This document shows positions 20,167 through 29,331 of a DNA stretch of 64,000 nt, piece by piece. The notes beneath the pieces are model-generated. The model saw only the letters and a list, made by a program, of their open reading frames with translations, had not been told where the DNA came from and made no database searches. Both the position numbers and the translations under genes were made by a program. The DNA lies in the IMG/VR virus record IMGVR_UViG_3300011116_000925, positions 1 to 64,000 of that record; one strand, written 5' to 3'. Position 1 is the first letter of the stretch. Every line of letters starts with the position of its first letter. This stretch comes from a virus.

Positions 20167-20660
20167 ACTTTTTCTATTTTAATCACTTCACTTAATCGAC
20201 TAATTTCTCTAACAAAAAACGCACATACACTTTCTGGCTTATCATCCAGTGGAACGGCCAACAATTGACCCAATTTCAATTTTGGAAAATACCATTTAAT
20301 ATCTGGATATACATCCAATATTTCAACTTCAGAAAAATGTGGTTTAAATCCACTGAATGGATTAAAAACAAACCCACTAAATCCACGTTCATTTAAACTT
20401 GTTATTGGAATTACTTCTAAATCACCTACTTCGGGATCTCCAATCAATATACACCAATCCCTTGGCATCTTAATGACATTTTTTCCTATTTTTAAAACTA
20501 CCGCAGGTTCATTAAAACTTTCTATGAACACCAATGGCATAAAAAAATAATCTGGATTATCTGGATCACTATTATCTAATACACAAAATCTTAAATCATC
20601 AATTCGTTCTGGTAATTTATTTAATTCAAAAACTGAATTATCTTCACGTAATATTCTCAT
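20160..20660 (-). CDS. Hypothetical phage protein coupled to uvsW
   Basis: 166-aa ORF overlapping the uvsW stop. Confidence 0.75.
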   Translation of the reverse strand: MRILREDNSVFELNKLPERIDDLRFCVLDNSDPDNPDYFFMPLVFIESFNEPAVVLKIGKNVIKMPRDWCILIGDPEVGDLEVIPITSLNERGFSGFVFNPFSGFKPHFSEVEILDVYPDIKWYFPKLKLGQLLAVPLDDKPESVCAFFVREISRLSEVIKIEKVW

Positions 20661-22102
20661 AATGGGACCTTTGTAATAGTAAAATTGTATGAGGCTTCTT
20701 TATAAAAAACCTTTCGCTTGGTTAGATGTCGTTTAGCATATTTACAGGTGCTTGTGATATCAAAAATCTGAACGAAATCTTTATCCGCTGCTTTTCTTAA
20801 TCCTCTACCTATACTCTGAATCACCCTGACAAAACTCTTTCCTGGTTCAACCAATACCAAATTAAAAATTCTAGGAATATTAATTCCAACTGCGGCTATG
20901 CCATACGTACATATGATAACCTTATTGTCAACCGATGCTACTTCATTATAATGTTCTTGTCTGAGATCACTCTTGCTTATTCCACTAAGAAAAATACTTC
21001 CTTGAATCATAGATGATAGAGTTTTTCCAGCTTCGAGTCGATCAACTAAAACTAATGTATTACCATCTATATTTGCATTTTTAATTAATGATGCGATCTT
21101 TTCTAATCGTTCATTGTTAGTCATAAGATATTTCAATTCTTCTTGATAGTTCCTAAATTCAACATCATCTTCAAGTTGCATTATTTGCACATGACAATTA
21201 GCCAGAACTCCTTTATCCTGCAATACTGATGCGCCTATTCTATGAACTACCTTTCCCAATGTTGTTCTTATAATAATAAAATCATATGGTTCCTTTGGAA
21301 TTGTGCCAGTTAATCCCCATCTTAATGGGATATTGGCAAATGGTCCTGACAACATAGATTTTAAAACATCTGCCTTAGCAGAATGAACCTCATCAACTAT
21401 AATGCATATTTGATCTTTTAATAAAATATCTGAATTTATTTGATTTTCTGATTTATCTAATTTGAATAGATTGTTTAAACTTTGCCAGGTACAAATAGTA
21501 TGTTTCTTATCTAATTGCTTTGTATCACCAAAATATACACCTACATCTAATCCAATATTCGTATAATCTTGAAATGTCTGTCGAACCAGATCTTTATTGG
21601 GTACAATTACAATAGTTCGTCCATACTGTTCACAACTCTTACTTAATGTCGCAGTGATGATAGTTTTTCCTGATCCAGTTGCTATTTCCTGTAAACAATG
21701 TGGAGTTGTTAAGAATTTATTGATAATCTCAACTTGATAATCACGTAAAATTATTGGTTGTCCTGAAAACACGTGATCTTTAGGCCATAATATATTACCA
21801 AGGCTATTTTCAGTAATTTCAGCGAATACAAAATTTCTATTAAACCTATGATCTTCCAATTCTATGTCATATCCATCATCAACAATAATTGGAACAATTT
21901 CTTCTAATAGATTTACATAGGTTCTACCACCTAAATCAAAGTAACTTGTTTTTCCATTCCAGCGACCCAATCGAACACTAGGCAAAAATCTAGCATGTGG
22001 AATAATTACTTCAAATTTCTTTTGTAATTTTCTTCGACATTGAATTTCTAAACCTTCAATCTTACAGTTAACTTCATCTTTAATTATGATTTTACATTTC
22101 AT
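20657..22102 (-). CDS. uvsW: SF2 DNA helicase, UvsW-like
   Basis: LRDYQ, ATGSGKT, VDEVH, GLTGT, GINIP, QSIGRGLR. Confidence 0.92.
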   Translation of the reverse strand: MKCKIIIKDEVNCKIEGLEIQCRRKLQKKFEVIIPHARFLPSVRLGRWNGKTSYFDLGGRTYVNLLEEIVPIIVDDGYDIELEDHRFNRNFVFAEITENSLGNILWPKDHVFSGQPIILRDYQVEIINKFLTTPHCLQEIATGSGKTIITATLSKSCEQYGRTIVIVPNKDLVRQTFQDYTNIGLDVGVYFGDTKQLDKKHTICTWQSLNNLFKLDKSENQINSDILLKDQICIIVDEVHSAKADVLKSMLSGPFANIPLRWGLTGTIPKEPYDFIIIRTTLGKVVHRIGASVLQDKGVLANCHVQIMQLEDDVEFRNYQEELKYLMTNNERLEKIASLIKNANIDGNTLVLVDRLEAGKTLSSMIQGSIFLSGISKSDLRQEHYNEVASVDNKVIICTYGIAAVGINIPRIFNLVLVEPGKSFVRVIQSIGRGLRKAADKDFVQIFDITSTCKYAKRHLTKRKVFYKEASYNFTITKVPL

Positions 22103-22142
22103 CTACCTTATATTTAATACATAGTAGTCCAAATGTCAATAA

Positions 22143-22349
22143 TCACAAAGGAATACTTCTAAGTTTGATCCAGACAAATTCATTCATATCAACAGGATCT
22201 AATATCGATCCGGTGCGACGTTTTATATATGATACTTCAGATGATGTTTCCTTCCATATCGTCATAGCAAGATATCGAATTGTCATTGGTAATCGATCAA
22301 ATAACATCAATATTGTATCATCTGAAATTTTTATATAAAATGTTTCCAT
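22143..22349 (-). CDS. Small hypothetical protein (divergent FxLxW-like)
   Basis: Ends EFVWIKLRSIPL. Confidence 0.55.
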   Translation of the reverse strand: METFYIKISDDTILMLFDRLPMTIRYLAMTIWKETSSEVSYIKRRTGSILDPVDMNEFVWIKLRSIPL

Positions 22350-22679
22350 TTATCCTTCGTAATTTTTTATCCAATCAATTAAATGCCCATATGCTATTGC
22401 AAATAATGTCATCATTTCTTGATTTTTAAAAAATACCACACATCTATGTTCATGTTCAACCATGAAGCTATTAAAATACCATTCTCCTGCATCACTAAAT
22501 GTGTAGGTCGATCTCACACCAATGGGATATGTTCCAACAGTATTTTTACACCAACCATTAATTTCTCGGGTCAAATCATAGGATATTGGTGATATTAAAA
22601 CGGCTAGTGACCAATTATCCTTGATCATTTTCTTCAAATTTAAGTTCTTTTCATCATATTCATCAAAATTATGTGCCAT
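22350..22679 (-). CDS. Small FxLxW-family protein
   Basis: WCKNTVG...VFFKNQEMMTLFAIAYG. Confidence 0.65.
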   Translation of the reverse strand: MAHNFDEYDEKNLNLKKMIKDNWSLAVLISPISYDLTREINGWCKNTVGTYPIGVRSTYTFSDAGEWYFNSFMVEHEHRCVVFFKNQEMMTLFAIAYGHLIDWIKNYEG

Positions 22680-22908
22680 TATTAGATGGTACCATTAAAT
22701 TGTTTGACCATCGTAATATAAAATGCATTAGATCATCCTCCTTTTCAAAGAAAAATTTATTACCAATGATTCCGAATTTATGAGTGATGTGATCTTCACA
22801 CCATTTTATATAATGATCTCTACCTGATTGAGTGGTTACCATCACTGCTGGCCAACCAAATTCAATCATTTGTAATAATTCCTCAAGACGTTTAACACGT
22901 ATTACCAT
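22669..22908 (-). CDS. Small FxLxW-family protein
   Basis: KWCEDHI...FFFEKEDDLMHFILRWS. Confidence 0.7.
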   Translation of the reverse strand: MVIRVKRLEELLQMIEFGWPAVMVTTQSGRDHYIKWCEDHITHKFGIIGNKFFFEKEDDLMHFILRWSNNLMVPSNNGT

Positions 22909-23183
22909 GGTTCTATATCATTTTCTAATGAATCTAACATCCAGACATTTGCAAATAACAAAAGATGATCATCGGTGATAAACCAAAATTTATCACCGGC
23001 CCATGTATATCTGTTTTTTCCAAATATAGATATACACCAATCATGAATATGTGGCCAGTTGTGAATTCCAAACCAACCAAGATAGATATAGGGATAATTA
23101 GATTGCTCTAACATATCCCTATTATATCCCAGAAATACTGGTTCTAAATCATGTATTTGGTCTATGGGCAATAATTCTGACAT
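22902..23183 (-). CDS. Small FxLxW-family protein
   Basis: DWCISIFG...FWFITDDHLLLFANVW. Confidence 0.7.
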   Translation of the reverse strand: MSELLPIDQIHDLEPVFLGYNRDMLEQSNYPYIYLGWFGIHNWPHIHDWCISIFGKNRYTWAGDKFWFITDDHLLLFANVWMLDSLENDIEPW

Positions 23184-23925
23184 AATTGAGTTTCGTCATC
23201 TTTATAGGACCATGTTCACTTTCCCAATTGGTATATTCTCTGACATTTCCAGAAATATTCATCATGCAATTTTCAACCAATTGCTGTGATCCCCACCAAC
23301 TAATCATATTATTATGGTAATTGGCAATATTGAAATATTTGTAGTGTTTGATATTCATCCTACTACGAATGATTAGAACATTATCCAATTCAATTGTACT
23401 ACCAATCTCAAAAGAAAGATGAGTACCATCAATCATCCTTAAGACATTATTTTTCGCTTCCTTATCTTTAAGGGCTCGATTATAATTCATTGCAAGACTA
23501 GCAATTACAGAAAAATGAGGCTGTGGCCTTCCCTTTATTGTATTCAATTGCACTGCCTCAGCAACCATACATTCAAAATTATTCAGATCTCTGGTTAGAG
23601 CAATCATCGTATAACGAGTATTATGTTCTCGCATTCGTCGCCCAATTTCAATATCGTCAGAAGTAATTTCCTCGGTACCATCCAGAAGGCGAAGCATTCG
23701 AACCTTATTCATAATTTGATCAGGCTTAGTTTGTTCATATGCCTTAATATATCGAAAGCCATTTAAACGAAAGGCGGCCCAACTGGCGGCCCAAACCATT
23801 TCTGCAGGATATTCTTTTGAGACTAAGGACATATCCATATTTAGACTAATCAATTGTTGTTTAAAATCAATTCGTGCCTTTTGGGCTCGATATTGATCAC
23901 CATATTGATATGTGTTACTGTTCAT
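23149..23925 (-). CDS. Hypothetical early protein, possible C-terminal OB-fold
   Basis: Ends ...TKLNYVRI; has its own sigma70-like promoter. Confidence 0.65.
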   Translation of the reverse strand: MNSNTYQYGDQYRAQKARIDFKQQLISLNMDMSLVSKEYPAEMVWAASWAAFRLNGFRYIKAYEQTKPDQIMNKVRMLRLLDGTEEITSDDIEIGRRMREHNTRYTMIALTRDLNNFECMVAEAVQLNTIKGRPQPHFSVIASLAMNYNRALKDKEAKNNVLRMIDGTHLSFEIGSTIELDNVLIIRSRMNIKHYKYFNIANYHNNMISWWGSQQLVENCMMNISGNVREYTNWESEHGPIKMTKLNYVRIIAHRPNT

Positions 23926-23931
23926 AGTATC

Positions 23932-23959
23932 AGTATAACTGAATTTAATTACCTGTCAA
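23932..23959 (-). promoter_or_regulatory. Sigma70-like early promoter, leaderless
   Basis: TTGACA-N16-TATACT-N6-ATG. Confidence 0.75.
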
Positions 23960-23973
23960 TCCTATATTTGATA

Positions 23974-24255
23974 TCATTTATTATTTAAAATATTCCAAAC
24001 TTCCTTTTTGGTGCATCTTTTAATAACTACCTTTTTCAAGAAATCTATTTCATCCAACCAAATTATAAATGCAATGGGCACCCAAATCAATCCACCAATA
24101 CATCCAAATAATATAGAAAACAATAAATCTTTAACTAAGATATCACGTTCTTTTCTCATGGCTATAATTATGGTCGTTATTCCTGTTGGTGACCATATCA
24201 GAAGCCAAAATATTAAAATTTGGTAATACCACGAAAAATTGTCAATAGGCCACAT
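23974..24255 (-). CDS. Small membrane protein
   Basis: Two hydrophobic segments. Confidence 0.6.
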   Translation of the reverse strand: MWPIDNFSWYYQILIFWLLIWSPTGITTIIIAMRKERDILVKDLLFSILFGCIGGLIWVPIAFIIWLDEIDFLKKVVIKRCTKKEVWNILNNK

Positions 24256-24260
24256 TTATT

Positions 24261-24473
24261 TTATTTTTCTCTCTTGGTAAACAAAATGTGATTGATACTC
24301 GTTGGCATGAATCTAATTAAAAACAATACTAGGGATAATGGACCAAAAACTCCAATCAAAATTGAATAAACACAATGTCGATATGTGACGTCCATATCAT
24401 ATCGTAAATCAAATAGATAAAATCCTATTCCACAGACATACCATATAATAAAAATAATCCAATCAATATCCAT
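24261..24473 (-). CDS. Small membrane protein
   Basis: WY..G...FGPL, two TM segments. Confidence 0.6.
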   Translation of the reverse strand: MDIDWIIFIIWYVCGIGFYLFDLRYDMDVTYRHCVYSILIGVFGPLSLVLFLIRFMPTSINHILFTKREK

Positions 24474-24732
24474 TTTTATTTTCCTGCTCCAACCTAATTA
24501 AAAATTCTTTTAACTTTCCATCATGAAGATTATTAATGACATAATCTCTCATATTAAGATTGTATCCATGTAAGAATTGTTCCATCAACCATAATGGTCC
24601 AAAAAATGACAACAATGGTAGATTCATAAAATCTAAAATACCATACAACTGGTATTTCATCATTTGCATAATTGATCCAATCATGCCTAAAATATACCAG
24701 CAAATACAAAACAATAAAAATAAATTCATCAA
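24463..24732 (-). CDS. Small membrane protein
   Basis: WY..G...FGPL, two TM segments. Confidence 0.6.
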   Translation of the reverse strand: MMNLFLLFCICWYILGMIGSIMQMMKYQLYGILDFMNLPLLSFFGPLWLMEQFLHGYNLNMRDYVINNLHDGKLKEFLIRLEQENKNGY

Positions 24733-24763
24733 TGTATCCTAGGTAGTTGAAAGTTATAAAATA

Positions 24764-25648
24764 TCATTTATAACTTTCAACTAATTCACTAAGTTCTCGA
24801 ATTAATTGATCCAATTGTGGAACTCTAACAATTGCCGTTGATAGATTACCATAATGAGATTCTAAACATTCCATCAACAGATTTTTAATATCTGATTCTA
24901 CTGGACCATGTTGTAATGTGCTCTTTGCATACAATTCTTCAAGAATTTTTTCTTTAGATTGGAAATAATTATCCAACATTTCAAATGTCCATTCACCACG
25001 GCGAATGCTTTTCAATTGTTCTCTATTGCGTTGAATATCCAGATCATGTTCTGTAAGAATTTGTTCAACTTCGTTCAGTAAACGAACGATATGATATGCA
25101 AATTTTAGATCATAACCAAATTGTTTGATACTAGCATCTCTTTTTGGATTAGTTGCATTACTCTTATTTTTAATCTTATGAAGTTGAGCATAAGCATAAC
25201 CCTTAAATTTATGCCAACATCCCTTATGTAGGAAAATTTTTCGCTGTTCTCTAATTCGTTCTGCAATTTGAGTGCTGTGAATCACACAATTTCTAGGCAC
25301 AAATAAACTATCCAACATATTTGGATTGTTATCCATGCAAAGTTGGAAATATTTTACAATTCCGTAAATAGAAAAATCATATTCTACATTTGAACTCGTA
25401 TCAATAATATGATGTTCAGACCATACGTCAAATTTTTGAATCTGACGACCAAATCCTGCAATTTCACCAGCTAGGTGTGGGAATACCAATTCCTTAGGAG
25501 GAATACAAATACCATATACGTCTCTGTCACTATCATCGTTATTCACACCATAGGCTTGGCTGCCCATAATTACCATCATAACGGTATTATTAGGCAGCCA
25601 CTGTGGCGGATGAATTACATTCTGTTTGGATAGATGATCTAAAATCAT
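24764..25648 (-). CDS. Pol-beta-superfamily nucleotidyltransferase (RlaP-like)
   Basis: GSQAYG...SDRDVYG, NNPNMLD, KGYA, YDLKFAYHIVRL, IRRGE. Confidence 0.85.
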   Translation of the reverse strand: MILDHLSKQNVIHPPQWLPNNTVMMVIMGSQAYGVNNDDSDRDVYGICIPPKELVFPHLAGEIAGFGRQIQKFDVWSEHHIIDTSSNVEYDFSIYGIVKYFQLCMDNNPNMLDSLFVPRNCVIHSTQIAERIREQRKIFLHKGCWHKFKGYAYAQLHKIKNKSNATNPKRDASIKQFGYDLKFAYHIVRLLNEVEQILTEHDLDIQRNREQLKSIRRGEWTFEMLDNYFQSKEKILEELYAKSTLQHGPVESDIKNLLMECLESHYGNLSTAIVRVPQLDQLIRELSELVESYK

Positions 25649-25654
25649 AGTATT

Positions 25655-25682
25655 AGTATAACAGTTCTGCAATCTTGGTCAA
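25655..25682 (-). promoter_or_regulatory. Sigma70-like early promoter, leaderless
   Basis: TTGACC-N16-TATACT-N6-ATG (25648). Confidence 0.7.
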
Positions 25683-25704
25683 GTTACAGATTGAAGAAAA
25701 GTTA

Positions 25705-26262
25705 TTATTCAGAAACACTATTCAAGTCTGGTGGTAATCCCAAATCATTGTTTAATTTATTATACAAAGGAGCTGGAAGAGCACCCATTTTACCATTCAT
25801 TACCTGATCTACCAAAGACGCGAGTTCTGGCCATGATTCCTTAACCTTTGTCGGACTTCTGTTGACAATTCGACTGATAATCTGATGTTGAATAACTCGA
25901 ATTTCTTCATTCTTGGCACGTAATTCTTCACCATATTTCATCATTGATTCAAATTCTTCATTTGTTACTGGAACTCGTTCTCCACCATACGATCGACTTT
26001 GAGCAATTGGAATCATTCTGAATCCAAGATCAATTGTTCCCGTTCTTCCATCTTCCGCAACAACATAAACCATAGATTGTTGACTCAGATAATTCCCAGA
26101 AGGAGTATCAAGCATAGCACGAATATCCTCAGGAACTCTCATTAGAAGCAAATCAGCAAATTTATTCGTGTGTGTTTCCTTGTAAGATTTTGCAGCTGGA
26201 ACCAATTTGACTTGTAGAGCCAAATTAGCGATATCTCCGGCATCTTGTCGATTAATTTTCAT
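25705..26262 (-). CDS. Hypothetical protein
   Basis: AGGA RBS before MKINRQ; C-terminal 'ESWPE...LPA....LN..LGLP'. Confidence 0.65.
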   Translation of the reverse strand: MKINRQDAGDIANLALQVKLVPAAKSYKETHTNKFADLLLMRVPEDIRAMLDTPSGNYLSQQSMVYVVAEDGRTGTIDLGFRMIPIAQSRSYGGERVPVTNEEFESMMKYGEELRAKNEEIRVIQHQIISRIVNRSPTKVKESWPELASLVDQVMNGKMGALPAPLYNKLNNDLGLPPDLNSVSE

Positions 26263-26278
26263 AATATTTTTTCCTAAG

Positions 26279-26698
26279 TTATGGTGATACAATGGCAATA
26301 TGACGTGGAATAACGGTATTGTTTTTTGTTTGACCAGCTGATTCAGAAGTTGTCGTCATTGGTACCGCATTGAACAATGTTTCAAGGATCTTCTTCTCTC
26401 GCTCCATTTTATGAGTCTGTAGAAAGGTCATTAGATCCATATTTGGAGCAGACGGAAGCAATCGCATTTCATTTTCAGAATTAAGATAATAAGCATTTAT
26501 GGTAATTCCTCGAAGTGAATTCACCTTATCAATATAATATTGATCTCGCCTAAACCATCTAGATGCACCATCTACCAAATCCTTGGCTCGATATTTGGCT
26601 GTAACCAGACTAATGTAGTGCGGAGTAGCAACAAATCCCTTATTACTATAATTAAATTTTCCTGTGCCATCTGCAATCAAATAAAAATTCTTACTCAT
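26279..26698 (-). CDS. Hypothetical protein
   Basis: ORF with AAGGA RBS, coupled to the upstream gene. Confidence 0.6.
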   Translation of the reverse strand: MSKNFYLIADGTGKFNYSNKGFVATPHYISLVTAKYRAKDLVDGASRWFRRDQYYIDKVNSLRGITINAYYLNSENEMRLLPSAPNMDLMTFLQTHKMEREKKILETLFNAVPMTTTSESAGQTKNNTVIPRHIAIVSP

Positions 26699-26949
26699 TC
26701 CTTCTCTCCTTCAATTTTAAGAAACAATTCAATAGCTTGATCTGGATAATAGGCGCCATGAATCATTATGGCTTCCGTTATTTCCATATCTGTAAGATGT
26801 AGATCTCTACCTTGGGATGCCTTAAATGAATCCCGCAAATATCCACACATCACAATATCATCGTTTGATAGATTTCTATGTGATGACATAATCAATTGCT
26901 TCCTTTTTAGTTTTAAATGGACCATATACTCTAACGAATTCATCCGCAA
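26695..26949 (-). CDS. Hypothetical protein (start probably MSSHR)
   Basis: ORF in a packed early operon. Confidence 0.5.
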   Translation of the reverse strand: MRMNSLEYMVHLKLKRKQLIMSSHRNLSNDDIVMCGYLRDSFKASQGRDLHLTDMEITEAIMIHGAYYPDQAIELFLKIEGEKE

Positions 26950-27121
26950 TACTATTGAATATCATTAGATCACCACCTTTAAGGAATCTAAAAGGAATTG
27001 GTTCACGATCTATTGCAAAACCAAGGTAATATCTAAAAGATACATATGATGGTTTATTCTGATATTTTTCATATTCAGTTTGAATAAACCTATGTAGTTC
27101 TAGTCCAGATTTAATTTTCAT
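26876..27121 (-). CDS. Hypothetical protein
   Basis: ORF in a packed early operon. Confidence 0.55.
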   Translation of the reverse strand: MKIKSGLELHRFIQTEYEKYQNKPSYVSFRYYLGFAIDREPIPFRFLKGGDLMIFNSIADEFVRVYGPFKTKKEAIDYVIT

Positions 27122-27124
27122 TAA

Positions 27125-27433
27125 TTAAATCATATCTGCATTTGTATATACAAATGCCCAAAAAAACCAACCAATATTCCCACGTGGATCTTTCAGTTGG
27201 AATTGTTTTCCACATTCACGACGAATCTTTACCTTTGATACCACTTCCATAATATCACCAGGATTAGCAACTGAAGAAGTTTGCCAACCAATTAACTTAC
27301 CACTAGTATTGGTAATCATTTCTCCTGCACTATTGGTGCCACCAGTGATATATGGTTCCTGTCGCTTATCCAAGAACAACATTTGTCGCATCTTGATCTT
27401 AGCACCAGGAACCATTAGAGTTCTCTTCAACAT
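27125..27433 (-). CDS. Hypothetical protein, SH3-like pattern
   Basis: PGDIMEVV...QLKDPRGNIGW. Confidence 0.55.
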   Translation of the reverse strand: MLKRTLMVPGAKIKMRQMLFLDKRQEPYITGGTNSAGEMITNTSGKLIGWQTSSVANPGDIMEVVSKVKIRRECGKQFQLKDPRGNIGWFFWAFVYTNADMI

Positions 27434-27804
27434 AATTCTGAATCTTCTTCTTTCAATTCTTTCAATTGGATTTCAAGTTCTTTAATTTTTTTCTGCCGAG
27501 TCTTTCTGATTAGGGCAGTTTGTGCAGTAATGGGAGTAATGCAAGTTTTTTCAATAAATCCACCATCACCCCAAAACCAAAAATTATCCATTGTGACAGC
27601 AACTTCAATAATGTGTTGAAGTTTGCCTTCAAATACTCCTAAAAATTTATGATTTGCTGCAATATGATTTTCAACCGTTTGATCTTCACTCCAAACAATC
27701 CACAAGCCCATTTCATTGGGCTTGTGTTTCTTCATAAGGGTCTTGTATGCTTTACCCTTTTTGAAAAGCTGAAGTTTATTCTGAAGGTTGAAAGTATTAT
27801 TCAT
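27427..27804 (-). CDS. Hypothetical protein
   Basis: LGVFEGK...FWFWGDGG.I with coiled-coil tail. Confidence 0.65.
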   Translation of the reverse strand: MNNTFNLQNKLQLFKKGKAYKTLMKKHKPNEMGLWIVWSEDQTVENHIAANHKFLGVFEGKLQHIIEVAVTMDNFWFWGDGGFIEKTCITPITAQTALIRKTRQKKIKELEIQLKELKEEDSELC

Positions 27805-27914
27805 TAGAATAATCGAGTGACCCTGTCCAGTGTCACCAGGGTCATCATAACAACCCCACTAACACCAAAAGTCATAACAAGATTGGTAGCAAAGTTCATA
27901 AGAACGAAACTCAT
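27804..27914 (-). CDS. 36-aa hydrophobic peptide (not in ORF track)
   Basis: AAGGAG RBS, MSFVLMNFATNLVMTFGVSGVVMMTLVTLDRVTRLF*, TAATG-coupled to the next gene. Confidence 0.6.
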   Translation of the reverse strand: MSFVLMNFATNLVMTFGVSGVVMMTLVTLDRVTRLF

Positions 27915-27926
27915 TTTTATTTCTCC

Positions 27927-28973
27927 TTACTTCATCACAGTGATTTCAGCAATACGCTTCCAACGATCCGGCTCAGTCTTGTACACATCAGCAATCTTCT
28001 GAACCGTACGCAAAGACAATTCACGGAGCCGACCAAGATTAGCGAACATGAAATCCACAATTTGATCGACCGCGGTAGGATCAGTGAATTCGTACGAATC
28101 GAGCATACCATCCTGTACAATCTGTCGAATTCGAAGCATCTTCTCTCGAGTGCTATGAATCGTCAGATCGATATAATGACTCCGCGATTCGAGAGCCTCG
28201 AGATGGCCTCGAATCTTCTTGCTGCGAACGTGATCAAAATTCACATTCGTGATGAAAATTGCAGAGCCCTTGAACTCGAAGCGGTTAGGTACGCCCTCCT
28301 GACGGAGCAGTCGACTGTCACTATTCCAGCTGATGAACCTCTTGGCGCTGGTATCGAGTGCAGCCTTCAAAATGTTCAGCGCAATCTCGTCGAACAGGAT
28401 GCTATCACAATCGTCGAAAGCCAGGACACAACCAGGTTCACTATATTCGAACAGCTTAGCATAGAGACCCAGAGCACTCATGCTGCCCTTGACAATCTCA
28501 TACTTGACCTTGGTCTGTGCAATAACATCGAACATGCCCGAACGCTGGAGCACCTGTTCGACGCCAAAGCTCTTGCCGATGCCCGGAGGACCCGAGACGA
28601 TCATCGATCGAACCGAACCATTCACGGCACCCTGGGTCATTACATCCAGAATCTCGAAGCGCTCACGGACTCGTTCGATGATCTGTTCATCGGTTTCCTC
28701 GACCTTCGGTTTCACATCAGGGACTTCAGTAGTTGATACCACGGTCGTATGCAGCGAATCGAGCATGTTGACAGTAGCAGGAATAATGTATTCCTTCTTC
28801 GCGACCTTCACTCGAATGTTCTTGTTTTCGTATTCACCAGGAAGATCATCATTGGACTTAACGGTCACAAAACCGCCCTTCGTACCAACTTGAAAATCCT
28901 TGACCAATTCAAAGGTCATTCCCGACACATCAATGCCTCGGAACGTCCCTTTAGTGATTGTAACGTAGCTCAT
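27927..28973 (-). CDS. AAA+ ATPase
   Basis: Walker A GPPGIGKS, Walker B AFDDCD, sensor FITN, Arg finger ALESRS; GAGG RBS. Confidence 0.85.
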   Translation of the reverse strand: MSYVTITKGTFRGIDVSGMTFELVKDFQVGTKGGFVTVKSNDDLPGEYENKNIRVKVAKKEYIIPATVNMLDSLHTTVVSTTEVPDVKPKVEETDEQIIERVRERFEILDVMTQGAVNGSVRSMIVSGPPGIGKSFGVEQVLQRSGMFDVIAQTKVKYEIVKGSMSALGLYAKLFEYSEPGCVLAFDDCDSILFDEIALNILKAALDTSAKRFISWNSDSRLLRQEGVPNRFEFKGSAIFITNVNFDHVRSKKIRGHLEALESRSHYIDLTIHSTREKMLRIRQIVQDGMLDSYEFTDPTAVDQIVDFMFANLGRLRELSLRTVQKIADVYKTEPDRWKRIAEITVMK

Positions 28974-29091
28974 TTAACCTCAACAATTAGTTGTTAACTG
29001 CTTACTTAATTATAATAACAAATCTTAGGAAAAACACAAGCAAATAATAGAGTAATATTAATGCGTTATCAACCTATTTTGAGTAATTTTA

Positions 29092-29331
29092 TTACTTAGA
29101 TTTGTCAATGATTTCAAACATGGTCGGAAGCACTCCAGTCATTTCTGATGCACTCCCACTGGTAATACGTATCTCCTTGAATTCACTACATAATACCGAT
29201 GTCATATTCATGTAACTATCATAAGTTCCATGCTTACGACTAATGGTTATATAGATTCTACCATTACGATTAGCTTGCCTAAAACGTATACCTGGATGAT
29301 TTTTACGTGCCTGTCCCAAATCTAGGGTCAT
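29092..29331 (-). CDS. Hypothetical protein
   Basis: ATGA overlap with the upstream ORF. Confidence 0.55.
   Translation of the reverse strand: MTLDLGQARKNHPGIRFRQANRNGRIYITISRKHGTYDSYMNMTSVLCSEFKEIRITSGSASEMTGVLPTMFEIIDKSK

Noticed and set aside
28062-28997. Long plus-strand ORFs (224, 137 and 82 aa) antisense to the AAA ATPase
   Set aside because: These are expected by-products of the locally high GC and codon bias. They have no RBS or recognisable motifs.
28974-29091. tRNA or structured ncRNA in the larger intergenic gaps (also 49883-50008)
   Set aside because: No cloverleaf or T-loop (GTTCRA) context is visible. Promoters and terminators explain these gaps.
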